DNA from: Planctomycetota bacterium
Lineage (GTDB): Bacteria; Planctomycetota; MHYJ01; WSZJ01
Direction: 5' to 3'
Length of the DNA: 64,000 nucleotides
Assembly (NCBI GenBank): GCA_038060895.1
Contig: JBBTCT010000002.1
Location: 192,001 to 256,000, forward strand
Shown here in pieces: positions 9,376 to 18,413 of this stretch; position 1 is the stretch's first letter, and each line of letters starts with the position of its first letter. A program made the position numbers and the translations under genes. The notes beneath the pieces were generated by a model, which saw only the letters and a list, made by a program, of their open reading frames with translations, was not told where the DNA came from and ran no database searches.

Positions 9376-9861
9376 TCAGACTTCTCCGGCAAGGCGAATC
9401 GCTTCATCGAGCAAGGCGTCGTCAATGAAGAACCCGTTGGTCTTCAGTTCGAGAAGGCGGTCTTTGACCGAGGGGACGAGCCCGCGCTTCTTGGCAAGCA
9501 ACAACACGCCGACAGTACCCCGGACCGGAAGCCCGAAACTCCTGGCGCAGCGCCGCGCGGGGGCATCGTCGAGAATGACCTCGGCCACCGGCGTTACCAG
9601 CGCCAGGGCGATGACGGACGACTCTCCGGCACCCAGGCCCCACGCGTGTATCGCGGGCGCAATCTCGGGTTCCGACGCGCGGTCGCCCCACTTGGCCTCG
9701 ATGAGCCGGCGCGCCGGATCCGAGGCGTTCCCGGCCAGAATCTCGCGGACAACCGCCTCCGGGACGATCACCCTGCCGCTCAACTTCGCCAGGAGGTCCT
9801 GCAATCCGATCGCGGCAAGCGCAATCAACGGCGATGCGTTGACGATCCGCACGTCAGCCAC
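9376..9861 (-). CDS. DUF3368 PIN-like protein
   Basis: VNASPLIAL…LGAGESSVIALA…ILDDAPARRCA…VRGTVGVLL. Confidence 0.85.
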   Translation of the reverse strand: MADVRIVNASPLIALAAIGLQDLLAKLSGRVIVPEAVVREILAGNASDPARRLIEAKWGDRASEPEIAPAIHAWGLGAGESSVIALALVTPVAEVILDDAPARRCARSFGLPVRGTVGVLLLAKKRGLVPSVKDRLLELKTNGFFIDDALLDEAIRLAGEV

Positions 9862-10105
9862 GTGACGCTTCTTCCCTCAACTCCGCGGGATCAGTCTGGA
9901 ACGGCGACACGCCGAAGCGACCCAGCGCCTTCATGAAATCGGCGCGGCTCAGTCCCGCGACTTCCGCGGCGCGCTCCTGCGACATCTGGCGCATTTCGTA
10001 CCACTTGACGGCCGCGGCCAGCCGCAGTTCGCGACCAAAGCCGCCCGGATCCTGCCGCACGGAAGGCAGGAGGCTCTCGTCGAAATCGAGGGTCACGCGC
10101 GTCAT
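9854..10105 (-). CDS. UPF0175 family protein
   Basis: LAAAVKWYEMRQMSQERAAEVAGLSRADF; 8-nt overlap with DUF3368. Confidence 0.85.
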   Translation of the reverse strand: MTRVTLDFDESLLPSVRQDPGGFGRELRLAAAVKWYEMRQMSQERAAEVAGLSRADFMKALGRFGVSPFQTDPAELREEASRG

Positions 10106-10286
10106 GAGTGCATTCTAGCATTCTCCACCTTCACTTCCGTCCACCAGCGGATCGCAGTCCAATCGGCCTCGGAGTCTCGCTTTCTGCAGGTGCGCGGAAG
10201 AGTTGAACGGCCCTGCCGAAGCGAACCCCGGGAGCGGGTTTCGTGCGTGGTGCCAGCCGGCCCTTCGCGGCAAGTTGCGCGCGCCA

Positions 10287-10655
10287 TTACCAAAGGTAAA
10301 CTGATCGTACTGAGGGATGGGCGCGCAGGCTCTCCAAGATTGGAATGCAAGCAGTGTCATAGCCGCCAACGAGTCGCATGGAATGGTCAAAGTCAAACCA
10401 ACCACTCCACCAGGTCGTCTGCCACTCGATATTGGATTCCTTCACGGGCATGGCCTCCAGGATGAGGTCACGGATCTGTCCAACCGTCATTTCCAATTCA
10501 AGATTGGCGGGATTCTCACAGAATTCCTGTCTCAAGATGATCTCAGATTCATGAAGTGCATGAACTAGCAGGTACCACTCACTGGATTCCTGCTTCCACC
10601 CAGCCGATACGGCTTTGATGATGTCCCGGGCGACGCGGTCAGGACTCACGCTCAT
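10287..10655 (-). CDS. hypothetical protein (122 aa, acidic/aromatic-rich)
   Basis: ATG after GAGG; protein-like composition; AT-richer than neighbours. Confidence 0.55.
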   Translation of the reverse strand: MSVSPDRVARDIIKAVSAGWKQESSEWYLLVHALHESEIILRQEFCENPANLELEMTVGQIRDLILEAMPVKESNIEWQTTWWSGWFDFDHSMRLVGGYDTACIPILESLRAHPSVRSVYLW

Positions 10656-10685
10656 GGCGGCACCTCGACATTGTCACGCAAGTTC

Positions 10686-11528
10686 TCACCGGTCTAGACG
10701 CGGTGGTTCCTTCACAATTCGAACATTCTTCGGGTGCGAGTAGATGTTGAATTGCTGGGCGGAAGCGAAGCCGACCAGGGTGATCCCGGCGCGTTCGGCG
10801 AGGTCCACCGCGAGCGACGACGGCGCACCGACGGCGACAAGGGCGGGAAAGCGTGCGGCGGCTGCTTTCTGGACGATTTCGAAGGAAGCGCGGCCGCTGA
10901 CGGCGAGAAGAACCGGGGCATTCAGCGAGCGCGAATCGAGCAGGAGCCCGACGACCTTGTCGACGGCGTTGTGGCGCCCGACATCCTCCGCGGCGGCGAG
11001 GAGTTTCCCGGAAGCGTCGAGGGCGGCGGCGGCGTGGAGGCCGCCGGTTTTACCGAAGGAGGGCTGGGCGGCGCGGAGAAGGGAGGGGGCGCGTGCGATG
11101 AGCGCGGCGGGGATCGGCGCGGCGTCGCGGGCGCGGCCGACGCGGTCGATGAGGTCCTGGACGGAGAAGCGGCCGCAGACGCCGCAGGCGGAAGTGGTGA
11201 GAGTGCCGCGGCGGGTGGCGGCGGGGTGGGCGTGGCCGGCGCGGAGGCGGATGCGCGCGACGTTGCCGCGAGGTTCGATGACAACCGTCGCATCTGCTGC
11301 GGAGCCGATCAGCCCCTCCGCGAACAGGAACCCCATCACCATCTCGCGCTCGAGCCCCGGCGTGCGCATCGTGACGGCGAGCGGGCGGCCGCCGACGCGG
11401 ATCTCGAGCGGCTCCTCGACGGCGACGGCGTCGAGCTCGGGTTTCGGCGCAGCGCGGCCGACGCGGACGCGCCGGACCGCGCGGGCCGTGACGGGCTCGC
11501 GGTCCGGCGGGAGGGCTTTTTTAGCCAA
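10686..11528 (-). CDS. fdhD: formate dehydrogenase accessory sulfurtransferase FdhD
   Basis: VEEPL…TMRTPG…SACGVCG…TGGLHAA…EDVGRHNAVDK…SGRASFE; start at TTG 11528 overlapping the upstream stop. Confidence 0.92.
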   Translation of the reverse strand: MAKKALPPDREPVTARAVRRVRVGRAAPKPELDAVAVEEPLEIRVGGRPLAVTMRTPGLEREMVMGFLFAEGLIGSAADATVVIEPRGNVARIRLRAGHAHPAATRRGTLTTSACGVCGRFSVQDLIDRVGRARDAAPIPAALIARAPSLLRAAQPSFGKTGGLHAAAALDASGKLLAAAEDVGRHNAVDKVVGLLLDSRSLNAPVLLAVSGRASFEIVQKAAAARFPALVAVGAPSSLAVDLAERAGITLVGFASAQQFNIYSHPKNVRIVKEPPRLDR

Positions 11529-12597
11529 GACAGCTGGCTCCCTGCATGACGCGCTGCGCCAGGACGCCGAGCGTAGCCTTGTCGTCGCCGCGGATTTCCT
11601 TGAGGGCGCCGGTGAGGAACGCGCGGGCGGTCTTGCGGCGCCAGGCGGCGGCGAAGTCGGTGTTGTCGAGCGGGCGGGCGTGGGCGGAGGCTTTTTCGGC
11701 GAACTCCTCGATGGCATCATCGGAGAGTTTTTTCCCGAGAAGCAAGGCGGTCTCCTGCACCTCGAGCGGCCGCGACGTCACCGCGCCGAGCACGACGCGC
11801 GCGTCCTCCACTTCTCCCGATTTCGCAAATCTCACCGAGGCCGCGACCGACAGCACCGGGAAGTCGAACGATCCGCGGCGGCGGAGTTTCCAGTACGTCG
11901 ACTTCGCGCCCTTCGGAGCCGGCACGCGAATGCCGGTGACGATCTCGTCCGGCGCGCGCTTGAGGTAGTCCATGCCGTCGTCGTGGTAGAGCGCGGTGAT
12001 CGGGATCTCGCGCTTGCCGCGTTTCTTCGAGACCAGCGTGACCGTCGCGCCCAGCGCCATGAGCATCGGGCCGCTGTCCGTGGACGACACGGCCCAGCAG
12101 CGGTCGCTTCCCGGCGCGACCCAGCAGGTCCCGTGCTTGCCTTCAGTGATCGCCGTGCCGTTCGGGCCGGGCGCCTTCATGCAGAAGCTGATCGACTGCC
12201 GCCACTCGTGGTTCTGGTTGTAGTAGTTGCAGCGCGTGTCGACGCAGAGGTTGCCGCCGAGCGTCGCGGTGGCGCGGATGAGCGGGGAAGCGATGCTGCC
12301 GATCGCGCGCGCGAGACCCGGCCAGTTCGCGATGGCTGGGTCGAGAGCGAGGTCTGCGAGCGTGGAGCACGGCCCGATCGTCGCCGCGCCGTCGCTGCCG
12401 ATCGACACGCCTCGGAGGTCGTTCGCCTTGCGGAGCGACACCAGCACGTCCGGCATGAACTGCCGGCGCTTCAGGTTCGGCACCACGTCCGTCCCGCCCG
12501 CGAGCACCATGGCCTTCGGCCCGACGTCGGCGAGCACCGAGGCCGCATCCGCAGCCGACGTCGCAGCGTGGTACCTGAACGACGGGCATCGCATCAT
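11521..12597 (-). CDS. xanthine dehydrogenase-family FAD subunit with extra 4-Cys insertion (HcrB-like)
   Basis: LAGGTD, ATLGGNL, and RCNYYNQ…FCMK…TCWV…RCWA insertion typical of the [4Fe-4S]-containing 4-hydroxybenzoyl-CoA reductase beta subunit. Confidence 0.85.
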   Translation of the reverse strand: MMRCPSFRYHAATSAADAASVLADVGPKAMVLAGGTDVVPNLKRRQFMPDVLVSLRKANDLRGVSIGSDGAATIGPCSTLADLALDPAIANWPGLARAIGSIASPLIRATATLGGNLCVDTRCNYYNQNHEWRQSISFCMKAPGPNGTAITEGKHGTCWVAPGSDRCWAVSSTDSGPMLMALGATVTLVSKKRGKREIPITALYHDDGMDYLKRAPDEIVTGIRVPAPKGAKSTYWKLRRRGSFDFPVLSVAASVRFAKSGEVEDARVVLGAVTSRPLEVQETALLLGKKLSDDAIEEFAEKASAHARPLDNTDFAAAWRRKTARAFLTGALKEIRGDDKATLGVLAQRVMQGASCLG

Positions 12598-15092
12598 GAC
12601 TTCACCCCTTCGACCTTCGCGCCGGGGGAGTCGGGGGCAAGGCGGAAACCGGACGCCAGCAGCTTGGACTTGCGCGGCTTCTCATTGGAAGCGGTGCCGT
12701 CGCCGCCCTCGGCCGGGGTCTTGACTTTCGACGCCTCAGGCCACTCGATCACCGGGAACGACTTCGGGCCGAAGCGCGCTTCGCGTCCGTGGTCCTTTTC
12801 CCAGACGGCCTTTGCGATTTTCTCGGGCGTGACCGGCGACTCGTCAACGCGGACGCCGATGGCGTCGTAGACGGCGTTGGCGACGCACGGCGGCATCGGG
12901 AGAAGCGGCCCCTGGCCGACTTCCTTTGCGCCGAAGGGACCGTTGGGATCGGGGTCCTCGATGAAGACGGTGTCGACCTCGGGCATCTCGAGCGTCGTCG
13001 GGGACTTGTATTCGAGCATCGACGGGTACTTGTGCACGAGCGCGCCGGAGAGGTTTGCGGGGAGGCGGCGGAAAGTCGACTCCTCCATGAGCGCTTCGCC
13101 GAGCCCCATGTAGACGCTGCCCTCGACCTGGCCGCGCGCGAGGATGGGGTTCATGACCTGGCCGATGTCGTGCGCGATCCACACTTTCTTCACGTCGAGG
13201 AAGCATGTGGCCTCGTCGACTTCGACCTCGACGACCGCGGCCGTGAACGAGTACGCGGGGCTTGGCCCGACGCCGCCGCCTTTGAACTTCGCGGGGGACG
13301 GGGGCGGCTTGTACGAGCCGGACGTGCCGAGAGTGCCGTGCATGGCTTCGCCGAGGATCACCGCGTCCTGGAACGAGACGCCCTTCGCGGGATCGGACGC
13401 ATCGAAGACACGCGCGCCGGCGAAGACGATCCGGTCCAGCGGGATCTCGAGTTTCTTTGAGACGGCCGTGCCGATGAGCGCCTTCGCGCGCTCCGCCGCC
13501 TGGATCGCCGCGTGGCCCATCATCAAGGTCACGCGCGAGGAGTACGACCCGAGGTCCACCGGCGTGATCCCCGTGTCGCCCGTCACGAGCCGCACGTCGC
13601 GCGTCGTCAGCCCGAGCACTTCCGCCACTGTCGCCGCGAGCACGTCGTCGGATCCCTGCCCGCAGTCCGTCGCGCCGCAGAACGCGACCACCGCGCCCGA
13701 ACGGTCGAATTGCAGTTGCACGCCCGTCTGAGGCAGATCGTTCCAGTAGATCGGCAGACCCGCCCCCGTGAGATACGTCGAGCACGCGAGCCCCACACCG
13801 CGCCCCTTCGGCAGCTTGCCCCACTTCTCATGGAACCCGGACCGCTTCACGACTTCCTCGATGCACCGCCGCAGCCCGCTCGTGCTGATCTTCATCCAGT
13901 TCGCCGTGATCGAGTTCGCCGGCGCCAGCTGCTTCAGACGCAGCTCCGCCGGGTCCATCCCCAGCGCCACCGCGATCTTGTCCATCTGGACTTCCTGGCC
14001 GAAGCGCGGTTGCACCGTCCCGTGGCCGCGCTTCGGTCCCGACGGCGGCTTGTTCGAGAACGTGCGGCAGCCGCGGAAGCGATAGGTCGGGAGCGCGTAG
14101 GTGACGGGCTGAAGCGCGCCGGTATAGAAGGTAGAAGCGACGCCGTACGAGCCGTACGCGCCGCCGTCGAGCAGCGTCTGCAGGTCCATGCCCGTGATCA
14201 TTCCGTCCTTGTTCACGCCCGTTCGGAACTTCATCTGCACCGGGTGGCGCCCACGGTGGCAGTAGAAGACCTCCTCGCGCGTAAGGCAGATCTTCACGGG
14301 CCGCCCCGTCAGCATCGCGGCCTTCGCGACGACGATTTCGTGGTTGAAGGGGTCCGTCTTGCCGCCGAAGCCGCCGCCGTTGGGCGTCGCGACGACGCGG
14401 ATGAGATGCGGCGCGATGGCGAGCGCCTTGGCCAGTGCGCGGTGGACGTAATGCGGTGTCTGCGTGGACGACCAGAGGCAGAGCTTTCCTTCCGTGTCCA
14501 TGAGCGCGACGGCCGCGTGCTGCTCGAGTGGGAGGTGAGTGTTCCCCTGGAAGAAGAAATGGTCCTCGAAGATCCGGTCGGCGCCGTCAATTGCCGCGTC
14601 GACGTTCCCGAACTCCAGCGCGACCGCCTTGTGGACGTTCCCGTGGTCGCCGTAGTCGTGGATGCGCGGCTCGGGGTTTTTCAGCGCGTCGAGCGAATCC
14701 GAGATCGTCTTGAGCGGCTCGTAGTCGACCCTGACCAGGAGCGCCGCTTCGATCGCAATTTCTTCGGAGGTCGCCACGACTGCTGCGACCGGGTCGCCCA
14801 CCATCCGCACCTTTTCGCGGCAGAGCGGGAACTCGTCCTGCGACACAGGGAGAATCCCGTACGAAACCGGGAAATCCGCGCCGGTCAGGACGGCCTTCAC
14901 GCCTTCCATCGCGAGCGCCTTCGAAGCGTCGATCCCCTTGATCACCGCGTGCGGCTGCGTCGAGCGCAGCAGCCTGCAGTGCAGCATCCGCGTGAAGACG
15001 AGATCGTCCGCGAATTTCGTCTGCCCGAGGACCTTCGCCTGCCCGTCAACGCGGCGCCGCGCCTGGCCGATGACCTTTAGGGGCGTTTTCAT
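12594..15092 (-). CDS. xanthine dehydrogenase-family molybdopterin subunit (HcrA-like)
   Basis: GGGFGGK, RGHG, DCGQGS, SYSSR, GQVEG, GAKEVGQG; true start ATG 15092 (ATGA overlap with the 2Fe-2S gene). Confidence 0.9.
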   Translation of the reverse strand: MKTPLKVIGQARRRVDGQAKVLGQTKFADDLVFTRMLHCRLLRSTQPHAVIKGIDASKALAMEGVKAVLTGADFPVSYGILPVSQDEFPLCREKVRMVGDPVAAVVATSEEIAIEAALLVRVDYEPLKTISDSLDALKNPEPRIHDYGDHGNVHKAVALEFGNVDAAIDGADRIFEDHFFFQGNTHLPLEQHAAVALMDTEGKLCLWSSTQTPHYVHRALAKALAIAPHLIRVVATPNGGGFGGKTDPFNHEIVVAKAAMLTGRPVKICLTREEVFYCHRGRHPVQMKFRTGVNKDGMITGMDLQTLLDGGAYGSYGVASTFYTGALQPVTYALPTYRFRGCRTFSNKPPSGPKRGHGTVQPRFGQEVQMDKIAVALGMDPAELRLKQLAPANSITANWMKISTSGLRRCIEEVVKRSGFHEKWGKLPKGRGVGLACSTYLTGAGLPIYWNDLPQTGVQLQFDRSGAVVAFCGATDCGQGSDDVLAATVAEVLGLTTRDVRLVTGDTGITPVDLGSYSSRVTLMMGHAAIQAAERAKALIGTAVSKKLEIPLDRIVFAGARVFDASDPAKGVSFQDAVILGEAMHGTLGTSGSYKPPPSPAKFKGGGVGPSPAYSFTAAVVEVEVDEATCFLDVKKVWIAHDIGQVMNPILARGQVEGSVYMGLGEALMEESTFRRLPANLSGALVHKYPSMLEYKSPTTLEMPEVDTVFIEDPDPNGPFGAKEVGQGPLLPMPPCVANAVYDAIGVRVDESPVTPEKIAKAVWEKDHGREARFGPKSFPVIEWPEASKVKTPAEGGDGTASNEKPRKSKLLASGFRLAPDSPGAKVEGVKS

Positions 15093-15580
15093 TTCTTCGC
15101 TCCCGCTTCCATCTTTGCCGCGGCCTGCTCCACCGCTTCGAAGATCTGAATGTACCCCGTGCAGCGGCAGATGTTCCCGGCAAGCCCTTCGGCGATTTCC
15201 CGCCGCGTGGCGTGGGGTTTCTTGTCGAGAAGCGCCTTGGCCGTGCAGAGAAATCCCGGCGTGCAGTACCCGCACTGCGCTGCCCCGCAGTCGGCGAAGG
15301 CCTCCTGGAGAGGGTGAAGGCGCGCGTCGTTCGCGAGGCCCTCGACGGTGGTGACCTTCGTCCCATCCGCCTCGACCGCGAGCATCAGGCAGGAGAGGAC
15401 AGGCTTGCCGTCCACGAGGACGGCGCACGCCCCGCACTCGCCGAGCTCGCAGCCGTGTTTGGTGCCGGTGAGGTTCAGTTCTTCGCGGAGGACCTCGAGA
15501 AGCGTCTTGAAGCCGGGGAAAGTGACCGAGGTCTTGTCGCCGTTCAGCGTGATGTCGATGCGCTGCTCGCCATTCTTCAT
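15089..15580 (-). CDS. 2x[2Fe-2S] small subunit (HcrC/CoxS-like)
   Basis: GTKHGCELGECGAC…SCL…QCGYCTPG…NICRCTGY; start ATG 15580 or TTG 15616. Confidence 0.92.
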   Translation of the reverse strand: MKNGEQRIDITLNGDKTSVTFPGFKTLLEVLREELNLTGTKHGCELGECGACAVLVDGKPVLSCLMLAVEADGTKVTTVEGLANDARLHPLQEAFADCGAAQCGYCTPGFLCTAKALLDKKPHATRREIAEGLAGNICRCTGYIQIFEAVEQAAAKMEAGAKK

Positions 15581-15750
15581 GACGGACACGATCCGCGATT
15601 CGCGGGGAGCATTCAAGCGAAATTTGAACGGGTGTTCAAAACAGGAACACTCGTCAGGTCGTCCCCTCTTCGAATGCGCTCACGGGGAGTGTCTATCCGC
15701 GGGCCGGCTGTCCTTGATCGTGGCCTGTGAGGGAGTCTAGAGTGCGACGC

Positions 15751-16200
15751 GTGAAGATCGTCCGCAGCGTCGTGCTCGCTTGCCTCCTGGGCGCGGTCGC
15801 CGTAGGTTGCAGATCTTCCTCGGAGGAATCGGCTCCCCAGGAGACTCACGAGCCGGACCCGAAGCCTGTAGCCCGGGACGAAGCCGCGGGTCTTGCCGAA
15901 GCACAGCGCTGGCTCGCGGGTGAAATCGATTTGAAGGAGCTGGAGGTCGTCTTCGACCAGCCGGCCCTGGATGAGCCGGGGCGCTACCTTGAAGGCCCAC
16001 CGCAAACTCTGCCGAAGCAGGATTCGGCTGTGCCGCGAAAGCAGGGGAACTCCGATGAAATTCACCGATCTGAAGCGAAAGATCCTGGTCGGACTGGCGC
16101 AACTGCGCTGCGGAGAGGGTGTGGACGGAGAAGCGTTCTTTCGACGCCTTCTGGCGCGGCGACGAGCGATGCCCTCGCGACGCTGTTCAGGGAAGCTTGA
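15751..16200 (+). CDS. hypothetical lipoprotein
   Basis: GTG start, lipobox AVAVGC; C-terminal third looks low-quality. Confidence 0.45.
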   Translation: MKIVRSVVLACLLGAVAVGCRSSSEESAPQETHEPDPKPVARDEAAGLAEAQRWLAGEIDLKELEVVFDQPALDEPGRYLEGPPQTLPKQDSAVPRKQGNSDEIHRSEAKDPGRTGATALRRGCGRRSVLSTPSGAATSDALATLFREA

Positions 16201-16295
16201 TAAGCGAGAGCGTTATTAATCGTTCAGGCCTCTTCATTTAATAAGGACTCGCGCACCCAACCCCCCGCGGCGCGTCCTATAATCGACACACACCC

Positions 16296-18272
16296 ATGCG
16301 CCCCAAATCCTACCCCCGCCTGACCACCCCGCTTGTCCGCGACGGCGGGCGCAAGGGCAAGCTGCGGCCGGCGACCTGGGACGAGGCGTTTGACCGGGCG
16401 GCGAAGGGGCTGCGCGCCGTGACGGACGCGCACGGGGCGAAGGCGCTGGGGATGTTCAGCTGCTCGAAGTCGACGAACGAGATGAACTTCGCGGCGCAGA
16501 AGTTTTCGCGCGTGATTTTCGGCTCGAACAACATCGACAGCTGCAACCGGACCTGACATGCCCCCAGCGTCGCGGGTCTCGCGGCGGTCTTCGGGGCGGG
16601 CGGGGGGACGAACTCCTACGAGGAGATCGAGAAGACGGACATCATCCTCCTCTGGGGCTCCAACGCGCGCGAGACGCACCCGATCTTTTTTCACCACCTG
16701 CTGAAGGGCATCCGGAGCGGCGCGCGGCTGGTGGCGGTGGATCCGCGGCGGACGTCGTCAGTGAAGTGGGCCGACATCTGGGCGGGGCTCGACGTCGGGT
16801 CGGACATCGCGCTCGCGAACGCGATCGGGCGCGAGATTCTCGCGGCCGGGCTGGAACACAGGGAGTTCATCGAGAACGCGACGACCGGGATTGAGGAGTA
16901 CCGCAAGGGCGTCGAGAAGTACACGCTCGCATTCGCGGAGAAGGAAACCGGCGTTCCGGCGAAGGTCATCCGCGAGATCGCGCACGCCTGGGCGAAGGCG
17001 AAGACGGGGACGATCTGCTGGACGCTCGGGATCACGGAACACCACAACGCGGTCGACAACGTCCTTTCGCTGATCGACCTCGCGCTGCTCACGGGAAAGG
17101 TCGGCCGATACGCGACGGGCATCAACCCGCTGCGCGGCCAGAACAACGTCCAGGGCGGCGGCGACATGGGGGCTCTTCCCGACCGGCTCCCCGGCTTCCA
17201 GCACGTCGAGAACGACGCGTTCCGCGCGAAGTTCGACGCGAAGTGGGGCGTCAAGGTGCCGCCGAAGAAGGGCTGGCACCTGTCGGACATGTTCGCGGCG
17301 ATGGGGCGCAAGGAGCTGCGCGCGCTGTACGTCATCGGCGAGAACCCGCTTCAGAGCGAAGCCGACCAGAACCACGCGCGGCACCTGCTCGAGGGGTTGG
17401 ACTTCATGATCGCGCAGGACATTTTCCTGACGAAGACGGCAGAGCTCGCGGACGTCGTGTTCCCGGCGGCCGCGGGGTGGTGCGAAACGGAAGGCACGGT
17501 GACCAACAGCGAGCGGCGCGTGCAGCGCGTGCGCAAAGCGGTGGAGCCGCCGACGGGCGCAAAGGACGACCTCGCGATCCTCTATGCGCTGGCGAAGAAG
17601 CTCGGGCACGACTGGGGACCGCCGGATGCGGAAGCGGTTTGGAACGAGCTGCGCACGCTGTCGCCGGTGCACGCAGGGATGAGCTACGCGCGCCTTGAAA
17701 AAATGCACGGGATCCAGTGGCCGTGCTATGACGAGACCCATCCGGGGGAGATGTTCCTGCACAGCCGGTTGTGGGAGCGGCCCGTGAAGGGTCCGCGGGT
17801 GGCGTTCTTCCCGGTGGAGCACGATCCGCCGGTGGAGAAACTGTCGAAGGAGTACCCGTTCCGGCTCACGACGGGACGGCGGCTCATGGAGTACAACACG
17901 GGCGTGCAGACGGCGGGTTACCACTCGACCCTTCGCCGCGGCGAGACGCTCGACCTGTCGCCGGAGGACGCTGTGAAAGTCGGCGTAAAGGACGGCGACG
18001 CGGTCCGAGTGTCGTCGGTGCGAGGCACCGTGGACGCGCCGGCGCACATCGACGACGGACTGCGGCCGGGGCTGGTGTTCATGACGCTGCATTTCGCCGA
18101 CGACGTCGCGACCAACCTCCTCACCATCGACGCGGTCGACCCGAAGTCAGGCACCGCGGAGTTCAAGGCGGCGGCGGTGAAGGTGGAGCGGATCGGAAGC
18201 GGCGACGCGCTGCCCGTTGCGAAGGCGAAGGGCGCGCACAAGCCGCAGGCGGAAACGGCGGGACATCACTGA
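16296..18272 (+). CDS. fdhF: selenocysteine-containing formate dehydrogenase catalytic (Mo/W-bis-PGD) subunit, 658 aa, lacking the N-terminal Fe4S4 domain
   Basis: ORFs 16296-16556 and 16731-18272 are one frame: NNIDSCNRT-U(TGA 16554-16556)-HAPSVAGL; LRGQNNVQG; C-terminal TAEFKAAAV. Confidence 0.92.
16557..16600 (+). promoter_or_regulatory. bacterial SECIS element
   Basis: Hairpin CGTCGCG-GGTCT-CGCGGCG (16568-16586) starting 11 nt after UGA; lower stem GCCCC/GGGGC; same geometry as the E. coli fdhF SECIS. Confidence 0.85.
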
Positions 18273-18287
18273 CCTTCGACCGTGCCT

Positions 18288-18400
18288 TATCCGCGGCCCT
18301 TTCCGCGAGATTCGCCTTTATCCGCGTATGCTTTTTTCAGAAAAGAAACGGCATACGCGGACAAAAGCGAATGACGCGGAAACGTCCGCGGATACAGCCA
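18288..18400. repeat. intergenic long imperfect palindrome (element A, ATCCGCG type)
   Basis: Nested pairs TATCCGCGG/CCGCGGATA, TTTCCGCG/CGCGGAAA, ATTCGC/GCGAAT, TCCGCGTATGC/GCATACGCGGA; 18366-18400 matches 58376-58410 at 33/35. Confidence 0.85.
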
Positions 18401-18413
18401 GGAGAACAACGAC

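Noticed and set aside
10744-12870. 708-aa plus-strand ORF
   Set aside because: Shadow of fdhD and the FAD subunit
15093-15437. N-terminal extension of the Mo subunit in the ORF track (likewise 19379-20275 and 58427-59320)
   Set aside because: It overlaps genuine upstream or antisense genes; downstream starts with coupling or homology fit better
16296-16730. FDH as a pseudogene or two genes
   Set aside because: The stop is UGA at the Mo-ligand position with a SECIS, and the frame is continuous
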